The notes under the pieces were generated by a model. The model worked only from the letters and a program-made list of their open reading frames with translations. It was not told where the DNA came from and searched no databases. Shown piece after piece: positions 57,101 through 64,000 of a stretch of DNA of 64,000 bases (positions within the stretch are counted from its first letter, which is position 1; each line of letters begins with the position of its first letter). The position numbers were made by a program, and so were the translations under genes. The stretch is from Lytechinus pictus (taxonomy: Eukaryota). The DNA is taken from positions 8,062,001 through 8,126,000 of the forward strand of contig NC_087249.1 in NCBI RefSeq assembly GCF_037042905.1. Reading direction: 5' to 3'.

Positions 57101-60100
57101 TTCATATATAAAAGAAAAACATGGTGTAGCTATGCATGAAATGCAGTCTTAATATGATTACACTTTTCCAAGTCTGAGAACAACCTCTCGTATTCTTGCC
57201 ATTGTCGTTATAGATTATGAGAGCAAGATCGACAGCCTGGCAAATTATCGCTCCACGTTCGAGCGTCACAAGTCCCGCCTCGCCGTCGTCAGGGAAACCA
57301 AGGCCCGTCAGCTGCAGGAGATGATGGACGGAGAGGGTGACCTGAATGACCTGGACGCTGACCTTTACTCCGATGCCAGTAGCATGATGGGAAGTGTCGC
57401 TCGGAGTGAGACAGGAAGTTTAAGAAGCACCGGGTCAACGCTGAGTGCGTATACAGCGTATTCTGAGGGAAAGGCAAAGAAAGGAGGGTGAGGAATATTC
57501 CAACTGAAAATGTTAGGGCAAAGAGGGGGGTATTTTGATTTTTATGTCACTGTTTGATTTATTCCCTTGTTTGTCTGCTATATCGGATGATGTAGTGGAA
57601 CTTGGGGAGCGTTTTATCTATATGTTTGTCTGGTAAGTTGTCAGAACTGACAACTTACCTTGATTCTGATTGGCTGAGGGGCACTGTTACTATGGTAACA
57701 GTCGGATAAAACAAGACTTGTCGAAAGAAACCTCCAACAAGTCATATCATGAAATGCTCCCCTGTATATAAAGGTCACCAAGTGGAGTCTAGAATAGTGG
57801 ATTTTATAAGCAGGTGACCTTTATGTATACATGTAAATAGGTGTGTACTGTAACACGTGTGTACATTGTGAATTTGTTGAAAGGAATCCAAACTCTGATA
57901 AAATACCCAACTTTTGTATAGATTTATACACACCGTCAAGGGCATTTATATACAAATAATGCACATTTATGAGTTTGTTGTGGTAATGCAGCGCATTCGA
58001 GGGTATTTGCAATATGAAAAAGCATGAGATGCTTGTGCCAAGTGCTTCTGCATGTTATTGGGAATACCTGAGATGCCTGCATCATCACAAATTTAAGAAT
58101 GTGCACGATTTGTTTTTAGCTCATCCGGCCCGAAGGGCAAGAAGAGCTTATGCCGTGGCGTGGCGTCCGTCGTCCATCGTCCATCCACAATTTCAGAATG
58201 CTTCTTCTTCGCCATTTCAATTCTGTTTGCTTTATATGATAGCACTAGGTGGGGGATTCAAAACTTCTACACAGAATTTTGAAACTCATTAAATATGCTT
58301 ATTTATGCGCATTATTCAAATTTCACAAAAAATGCTTCTTCTTCTTTATATGTTGACCGATTTTGAATTTTTTGCTTCCATCTGGTAGAGCTTCATGAAG
58401 TTCACCAAACTTCTACACAGAATTATGAAATTTTGACTAGAACAATTTTTATGCTTATTTATGCAAAATTAATTTATGCATATTTTTAAAAATTCACATA
58501 AAATGTTTCTTCTTTATTTGTTGAACGATTTTGATTTTTTTTTCTTCCATCTGGTAGAGCTTCATGAGGTTCACCAAACTTCTATACAGAATTTTAAAAT
58601 TTTGAGTAGAGAATTATTTATGCTAAAAATTCATAAATCACAGAAAATGCCTCTTTATTTGTTGAATGAATTTCAAAATGCTTCTTCTTCATCATTTCAA
58701 GTCTGATTTCAATTCTGTTTGCTTTATATGATAGCATTAGATGGGGGATTCAAAACTTCTACACAGAATTTTGAAACTCATTAAATATGCTAATTTATGC
58801 GTATTTTTAAAAATTCACTTAAAATGCTTCTTTAATTGTTGACAGATTTTGATTTTTCTTCTTCCATGTGGTAGAACTTCATGAGGGTCACCAAACTTCT
58901 ACACAGAATTTTGAAATTTTCAGTAGAAAATTATAATTTATGCGAAATTTATTCATAAATCACAGAAAATGCCTCTTCTTTATTTGTTGACCGATTTTGA
59001 TTTTTTTTTCTTCCATCTGGTAGAGCTGCATGAGGTTCACCAAACATGTACACAAAATTTTGAAATTTTTTCTAGGAAATAATTTATGCTAATTTATGCA
59101 AAATTTATTCATAAATCACAAAAAAATATTTTTTCTTCTTCATTTGTTGATCAATTTCAATTGTGGTCGCTTTATATGATAGCTCGAGGTGGTGATACAA
59201 TATTTCAACACAGAATTTTGAAACTCATTAAATATGCTCATTTATTCATATATTTTCAAAACTCACAAAAATACTTATTGATTTGTTGATTGATTTTGAT
59301 TATTTTTGTTCTATCTGAGAGCTACATGAGGTTCACCAAGGTTCTACACAGAGTTAAGAAATTTTAACTAGAAAATTGTTTATGCTTAATTAATATGAAA
59401 TTTATTCATAGATCACAAAAAATGCTTCTACATGTACATGTATGTCATTTCTTCATCAATTTCAATTCTATATCCTCAATTTATGTCACCAATATAATTC
59501 ACTACAGTGTCAACTGGGCTCAAATTAAAATTGTGTTAAATTTAGTTGCGAGATGCCGGATGAGCTCCACATCATTGATGTGCTAGTTTAAAACATGTCA
59601 GCAGTATAAATTTGTGATGGAAAGGTTGTTCGAATCCCTAAAAAATTCTGAAAATCGCGCGGATGAAGAGATCATAACTGTTTTCTATAATAAAATCACA
59701 GGTGTATCTAGTATGCGCGCCTAAGTAGGCACGTCAAAATCCTTGCCATAGCCCTTTCTTTAAAAGAACACATCTCTGTTTTTACCCCCTGTGAGTTAAA
59801 TGATGCACCCAAAATGCACGACTGAGAGGTTGCGTAGAATCAAATCATGAATACGTGACTTGCATACGCACTCACCAAAGGCTACATCCTTTAAACCTGT
59901 TTTATAATGAACATTATATGCACAGGCAAGCCATCGGCAATATGCATTTTAGGTGAAATAAATGACAGGACACATGATAGATGTCAGCCAATCATTTGAT
60001 TAGGATCCATATCACTGTTTGATAACTTGTACTATTCACCCATGTCCCTAGTAAATGAATGGCATGTATGATTCGTTATCATTGTTATATTGCCCTCTTC

Positions 60101-60451
60101 CCTATGCAGTCGGGCTGGTAAGAACAGGAGGAAGGGAGAACGGAAGAAGGTAGTCTCAAAGAAGGAAGTAGAAATGACTTGTCACATGATAGATCTCAGC
60201 CAATCGTTTGATTAGGATCCATATCACCGTTTGATAACTTGTACTATTCACCCATTTCCCTAATAAATGACTGGCATATATGATTCATTATCATTGTTAT
60301 ATTTCTCTCTTCCCCCTATGCAGTCGGGCTGGTAAGAACAGGAGGAAAGGAGAACGGAAGAAGAATAGTCTCAAAGAAGGAAGTAGAAACGAAGATATCG
60401 CTCTCATGGAAGCTATGTCCCTCATCATGAAGAATGTTGATAGTTTGAGAG
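33033..60451 (+). CDS. ELP1: Elongator complex protein 1 (ELP1/IKAP), 23 coding exons in window, 3' end beyond window
   Basis: Spliced translation begins MRNLFL and contains ELP1 hallmarks [116 protein letters not shown] and basic [17 protein letters not shown]. All introns are GT-AG with compatible phases; total 3727 nt; no stop reached. Confidence 0.97.
34482..34634 (+). CDS. ELP1: ELP1 coding exon 2
   Basis: cag|VEWTVVL...[19 protein letters not shown]; 153 nt. Confidence 0.9.
34661..34820. mobile_element. Copy of the 22986 MITE family
   Basis: TTTCATAAAGCTGTTC...GAACAGCTTTATGAAA. Confidence 0.72.
35601..35885 (+). mobile_element. tRNA-derived SINE
   Basis: GTGGTCTAGTGG...GGTTCGGATCTC...CCTTCAGCAAGAAAT...TGCTGCACT; same family as 7225-7506. 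Confidence 0.75.
36322..36403 (+). CDS. ELP1: ELP1 coding exon 3
   Basis: tag|[33 protein letters not shown]; 82 nt. Confidence 0.93.
36440..37370 (-). mobile_element. Degraded LINE 3' fragment
   Basis: Minus-strand remnant [12 protein letters not shown] near 37085-37120; AAT-type tail near 36440; boundaries approximate. Confidence 0.45.
37444..37524 (+). CDS. ELP1: ELP1 coding exon 4
   Basis: cag|..[31 protein letters not shown]; 81 nt. Confidence 0.93.
38148..38333 (+). CDS. ELP1: ELP1 coding exon 5
   Basis: cag|[17 protein letters not shown]...[25 protein letters not shown]; 186 nt. Confidence 0.95.
38678..38823. mobile_element. Harbinger-like MITE, CTG TSD
   Basis: GGGCCCGTTTCATGAAGAGTTGCAAC...GTTGCAACTCTTTATGAGACGGACCC between CTG direct repeats. 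Confidence 0.75.
38922..39012 (+). CDS. ELP1: ELP1 coding exon 6
   Basis: cag|[35 protein letters not shown]; 91 nt. Confidence 0.95.
39587..39710 (+). CDS. ELP1: ELP1 coding exon 7
   Basis: tag|[10 protein letters not shown]...[28 protein letters not shown]; 124 nt. Confidence 0.95.
39878..40034. mobile_element. Harbinger-like MITE, CAG TSD, nested in MITE ~39858-40329
   Basis: GGGAGCGTTTCAT...ATGAAACGCCCCC between CAG repeats; related copy at ~57604-57762. Confidence 0.78.
40669..40777 (+). CDS. ELP1: ELP1 coding exon 8
   Basis: tag|[21 protein letters not shown]...PDSY|GTAAGA; 109 nt. Confidence 0.93.
42150..42374 (+). CDS. ELP1: ELP1 coding exon 9
   Basis: cag|[18 protein letters not shown]...AVIDG|GTAAGT; 225 nt. 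Confidence 0.95.
43196..43369 (+). CDS. ELP1: ELP1 coding exon 10
   Basis: cag|[19 protein letters not shown]...FYTHKT|GTGAGC; 174 nt. Confidence 0.93.
43395..43574. mobile_element. Copy of the 22986 MITE family
   Basis: TGTTTCATAAAGCTGTT...AACAGCTTTATGAAACA. Confidence 0.72.
44225..44327 (+). CDS. ELP1: ELP1 coding exon 11
   Basis: aag|[39 protein letters not shown]; 103 nt; AAG acceptor, start less certain. Confidence 0.8.
45485..45661 (+). CDS. ELP1: ELP1 coding exon 12
   Basis: cag|IIDESGNP...HHFMWIRAD...ELKLV|GTAAGT; 177 nt, phases fit neighbours. Confidence 0.85.
46336..46513 (+). CDS. ELP1: ELP1 coding exon 13
   Basis: tag|NQEESQP...[10 protein letters not shown]...[22 protein letters not shown]; 178 nt. 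Confidence 0.88.
47137..47293 (+). CDS. ELP1: ELP1 coding exon 14
   Basis: tag|[26 protein letters not shown]...[10 protein letters not shown]..|GTAAGA; 157 nt. Confidence 0.95.
48203..48471 (+). CDS. ELP1: ELP1 coding exon 15
   Basis: cag|LATLSEGK...VERGSRIVT...[16 protein letters not shown]...DHNPQ|GTAGGT; 269 nt. Confidence 0.96.
48987..49210 (+). CDS. ELP1: ELP1 coding exon 16
   Basis: tag|[14 protein letters not shown]...[11 protein letters not shown]...[25 protein letters not shown]; 224 nt. Confidence 0.93.
49224..49322 (+). repeat. Tandem duplicate of the 3' part of ELP1 exon 16
   Basis: 99-bp ungapped copy of 49104-49202 at a 120-bp offset. Confidence 0.9.
49941..50204. mobile_element. 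Short MITE
   Basis: Inverted ends CCTGTCTTACAAAG.GATTGATCC / GGATCAATCG...CTTTGTATGACAGG. Confidence 0.6.
50377..50614 (+). CDS. ELP1: ELP1 coding exon 17
   Basis: aag|[12 protein letters not shown]...[43 protein letters not shown]; 238 nt. Confidence 0.95.
50622..50845 (+). mobile_element. 5'-truncated SINE
   Basis: CCTTCAGCAAGAAATTTACTCACATTGTGCTGCACTCAACCCAGGTGAGG core; head missing; begins just after the exon 17 donor. Confidence 0.7.
51227..51445 (+). CDS. ELP1: ELP1 coding exon 18
   Basis: cag|[13 protein letters not shown]...[16 protein letters not shown]...HQYK|GTATGC; 219 nt. Confidence 0.96.
51775..51976 (+). CDS. ELP1: ELP1 coding exon 19
   Basis: cag|[13 protein letters not shown]...EAALMYE...LARKIA|GTATAT; 202 nt. 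Confidence 0.95.
52874..52998 (+). CDS. ELP1: ELP1 coding exon 20
   Basis: tag|[47 protein letters not shown]; 125 nt. Confidence 0.95.
53457..56001. mobile_element. TTAA-flanked non-autonomous DNA transposon (Kolobok-like) with internal ~230-bp tandem array
   Basis: 16-bp perfect TIR GGACGTTCCACAGTTA / TAACTGTGGAACGTCC; TTAA on both sides; >=8 units marked by AATGACAT(G/A)G about every 223-237 bp. Confidence 0.88.
56512..56572 (+). CDS. ELP1: ELP1 coding exon 21
   Basis: cag|[26 protein letters not shown]; 61 nt. Confidence 0.92.
57214..57487 (+). CDS. ELP1: ELP1 coding exon 22
   Basis: tag|YESKID...[13 protein letters not shown]...DLYSDASS...KAKKG|GTGAGG; 274 nt. Confidence 0.92.
58113..59589 (+). 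mobile_element. Helentron-type non-autonomous element, family B
   Basis: T run plus subTIR AGCTCATCCGGC (58118) / GCCGGATGAGCT (59555-59566); 3' hairpin CACATCA-T-TGATGTG followed by CTAGTTT; 5' CGTC/CATC microsatellite; internal tandem units containing AAACTTCTACACAGAATTTTGAAA. Confidence 0.85.
59960..60175 (+). repeat. Tandem duplicate of the 3' splice site and first half of ELP1 exon 23
   Basis: ~213-bp direct repeat of ~60173-60390. Confidence 0.9.
60324..60451 (+). CDS. ELP1: ELP1 coding exon 23 (basic Arg/Lys-rich region)
   Basis: cag|[48 protein letters not shown]; 128 nt. Confidence 0.93.
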
Positions 60452-60606
60452 GTAACATATCTTTTGTTTAACCCTATACAGCCCTGGCTTGTTTGAAATT
60501 GCAAAGCCGGGGGTTGGGGACCTTTTTTGCCCCCCACCTCTGACCTTGCTCATTGATCACACGATTCATCGGACTGCGCTGAAAATTGGCACGCATGTCA
60601 CTTATG

Positions 60607-61404
60607 TAGGGACAGTGATTTTCCGCGATCGCGGAAAACGGACGGAATTCACGGAAAGGGCCTTTTGAAACGGAAAGTGGCATTTCAAACGGAAAATCAC
60701 GGAAAACGTATTTTCCCTCAAAATACACAGAATAGCAACAGAAATTACTCCAAAATCACAACAAAATGAGAATATTAAATGGCCGCAAAACCCCAGAAAA
60801 CTCGATCTCACTTCGCTTCTATCATGACAATTCACACATCGTGACTGCACTCGACATCAGCACACTCGATTGTACCCCGTACCCGGCCGGCCGGGTTGGG
60901 CTTCACATGCGCTATGCACACATATCGTTCAACTACACGGTCGTGTGTTGCTGCCCTCTACGTTTGAAGATGTAACAGCACGATATCGTGGTCTTCAAAT
61001 CCAAGATGGCGGATTGGTAAAAGCCGTTGACTGATGATAACGATGTCAAAAAAAACCCAAAATTATCGATGAAATATCATTTCACCGTGAAATAATGCTA
61101 ATAATGTGAAAGGTGAGGATGTATGCATGCTAAATGGGTGTGAAAAAATATTTTATGCACCCGCATAGATCCGATTAGAACGGATTCTATTGTGTTGTTG
61201 GTACAGTGGCAGATACAAATTTTGACCAGTGCGAGTGTACATGTTGTGATCTTGCTATTCAATGTGTAAACGGAATTGTCACTTTTCCGTGTGTACAAAG
61301 TCTATGGGGAAACGGAATTTCCGTTTTCTGACGTGCTGAAACGGAATTTGAGATTTTCTGAAACGGAAAAGGCAATTTTTTGAAACGGAAAATCACTGTC
61401 CCTA
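60607..61404. mobile_element. MITE with 19-bp perfect TIR and 6-bp TSD (hAT-like)
   Basis: TAGGGACAGTGATTTTCCG / CGGAAAATCACTGTCCCTA; CTTATG at 60601-60606 and 61405-61410; subterminal ACGGAA repeats. Confidence 0.88.
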
Positions 61405-61738
61405 CTTATGTCATAACATATATAGTTAATCATACCAAAATGCTCGAATTTATTTTTTGATAAGTCGTGCTAATAAATCAATAACGCAAAGTAACAGTAA
61501 TGATGAGTAATCAGACCCAAAAAAATTATTTGAGAAATTAGCATTCAAAAGTAAGCACATCAAAAATCCTTGCCATAGACCTTTCTTTGAAAGAAGGCGT
61601 ATTTCAGACAGCGGCTCAATTTTTACACATTATGAGTCAAATGACAAAAGAAGGCGTTTTTCAGACAGCGGCTCAATTTTTACACATTATGAGTCAAATG
61701 ACAAAAGAAGGCGTATTTCAGACAGCGGCTCAATTTTT

Positions 61739-62703
61739 GTCTCACCTGCATACATGTAGCAGAGTGAGACTATAGGCGCCGCTTTTCCGACGGTGACGGC
61801 GACGGCGGCGGCGGCGTCAACACCAAATCTTAACCTGAGGTTAAGTTTTTGAAATGACAGCATAACTTAGAAAGTATATGGACCTAGTTCATGAAACTTG
61901 GCCATAAGGTTAATCAAGTATTACTGAACATCCTGCCTGAGTTTCATGTCACATGACCAAGGTCAAAGGTCATTTAGGGTCAATGAACTTAGACCATGTT
62001 GGGGGAATCAACATCAAAATCTTAACCTAAGGTTAAGTTTTTGAAATGTCATCATAACTTAGAAAATATATGGACCTAGTTCATGAAACTTATACATAAG
62101 GTTAATCAAGTATCACTGAACATCCTGCATGAGTTTCATGTCACATGACCAAGGTCAAAGGTCATTTAGGGTCAATGAACTTTGGCCGAATTGGGGGTAT
62201 CTGTTGAATTACCATCATAACTTTGAAAGTTTATGGATCTGATTCATGAAACTTGGACATAATAGTAATCAAGTATTACTGAACATCCTGTGCAAGTTTC
62301 AGGTCACATGATCAAGGTCAAAGGTCATTTAGGGTCAATGAACTTTGGCCAAATTGGGGTATTTGTTGAATTACAGCCATAAATTTGAAAGTGTGTTGGT
62401 CTAGTTCATAAAACTTGGACATAATAGTAATCAAGTATCACTGAACATCCTGTGCGAGTTTCAGGTCACATGATCAAGGTCAAAGGTCATGTAAGGTCAA
62501 AGAACTTTGGCCACGTTGGGGGTATTTGTTGAATTGCCATCATATCTCTATAAGTGTATTGGTCTAGTTCATAAAACATGGAAATAAGAGTAACCGAGTA
62601 TCACTGAACATCTTGTGCGAGTTATAGTAGTTTTCAAAATCAGCACTGCTGCTATATTGAATCGCGTGATGCAGGTGAGACGGCCAGAGGCATTCCACTT
62701 GTT
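61739..62703 (+). mobile_element. HINE family A copy inserted in 57-bp array
   Basis: Reverse complement of 5005-5981; has a 6-bp CATGTA insertion and an 18-bp shorter microsatellite. Confidence 0.88.
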
Positions 62704-62874
62704 ACACATTATGAGTCAAATGACAAAAGAAGGCGTATTTCAGACAGCGGCTCAATTTTTATACATTATGAGTCAAATGACAAAAGAAGGCGTATTTCAG
62801 ACAGCGGCTCAATTTTTATACATTATGAGTCAAATGACAAAAGAAGGCATATTTCAGACAGCAGCTCAATTTTT

Positions 62875-63688
62875 GTCTCACCTGCATAGCAGAGTGAGAC
62901 TATAGGCGCCGCTTTTCCGACGGCGACGGCGACGGCGGCGGCGGCGGCGACGGCGACGGCGGCGTCAACACCAAATCTTAACCTGAGGTTAAGTTTTTGA
63001 AATGACAGCATAACTTAGAAAGTATATGGACCTAGTTCATGAAACTTGGCCATAAGGTTAATCAAGTATTACTGAACATCCTGCCTGAGTTTCATGTCAC
63101 ATGACCAAGGTCAAAGGTCATTTAGGGTCAATGAACTTAGACCATGTTGGGGGAATCAACATCAAAATCTTAACCTAAGGTTAAGTTTTTGAAATGTCAT
63201 CATAACTTAGAAAATATATGGACCTAGTTCATGAAACTTATACATAAGGTTAATCAAGTATCACTGAACATCCTGCATGAGTTTCACGTCACATGACCAA
63301 GGTCAAAGGTCATTTAGGGTCAATGAACTTTGGCCAAATTGGGGTATTTGTTGAATTACAGCCATAAATTTGAAAGTGTGTTGGTCTAGTTCATAAAACT
63401 TGGACATAATAGTAATCAAGTATCACTGAACATCCTGTGCGAGTTTCAGGTCACATGATCAAGGTCAAAGGTCATGTAAGGTCAAAGAACTTTGGCCACG
63501 TTGGGGGTATTTGTTGAATTGCCATCATATCTCTATAAGTGTATTGGTCTAGTTCATAAAACGTGGAAATAAGAGTAACCAAGTATCACTGAACATCTTG
63601 TGCGAGTTATAGTAGTTTTCAAAATCAGCACTGCTGCTATATTGAATCGCGTGATGCAGGTGAGACGGCCAGAGGCATTCCACTTGTT
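62875..63688 (+). mobile_element. HINE family A copy inserted in 57-bp array
   Basis: Same element lacking one 163-bp internal unit. Confidence 0.88.
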
Positions 63689-64000
63689 ATACATTATGAG
63701 TCAAATGACAAAAGAAGGCGTATTTCAGACAGCGGCTCAATTTTTATACATTATGAGTCAAATGACAAAAGAAGGCATATTTCAGACAGCGGCTCAATTT
63801 TTATACATTATGAGTCAAATGACAAAAGAAGGCGTATTTCAGACAGCGGCTCAATTTTTACACATTATGAGTCAAATGACAAAAGAAGGCGTATTTCAGA
63901 CAGCGGCTCAATTTTTATACATTATGAGTCAAATGACAAAAGAAGGCGTATTTCAGACAGCGGCTCAATTTTTATACATTATGAGTCAAATGACAAAAGA

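Larger units (their letters stand above)
61590..64000. repeat. 57-bp tandem minisatellite in three blocks (61590-61738, 62704-62874, 63689-end)
   Basis: Monomer A(C/T)ACATTATGAGTCAAATGACAAAAGAAGGCGTATTTCAGACAGCGGCTCAATTTTT; ~2.6 + 3 + >=5.5 copies, near-identical. Confidence 0.95.

Noticed and set aside
61587..62905. Repeat-protein ORFs (IMSQMTKEGVFQTAAQFL)n
   Set aside because: By-product of a 57-bp (19-codon) stop-free monomer; not ELP1-like and no convincing splice sites
61590..64000. CRISPR-like array
   Set aside because: Monomers are contiguous with no unique spacers, the interruptions are copies of one transposon, there are no cas genes, and the context is a eukaryotic intron

Overview
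AT-rich, intron- and repeat-rich animal DNA; the repeat landscape suggests a marine invertebrate, probably a sea urchin (inference, not verified). Main gene: Elongator subunit ELP1 (IKBKAP) on + from ATG 33033. I reconstructed 23 phase-consistent GT-AG exons by hand (3727 nt, ~1242 codons); the gene runs off the window end. An unidentified multi-exon gene lies on the - strand (candidate exons between ~32.4 kb and ~0.3 kb), apparently head-to-head with ELP1. The rest is mostly non-autonomous transposons: Helentron/HINE-type, Tc1/mariner-, hAT-, Kolobok- and Harbinger-like MITEs, tRNA-derived SINEs and truncated LINEs. Most notable observations: (1) strong excess of TACATGTA, with one in-window case of TA becoming TACATGTA, as expected for Tc1-type excision footprints; (2) a 57-bp tandem array interrupted twice at the same nucleotide by a young Helentron-like element; (3) two tandem partial duplications of ELP1 exons, one forming a decoy or poison exon.
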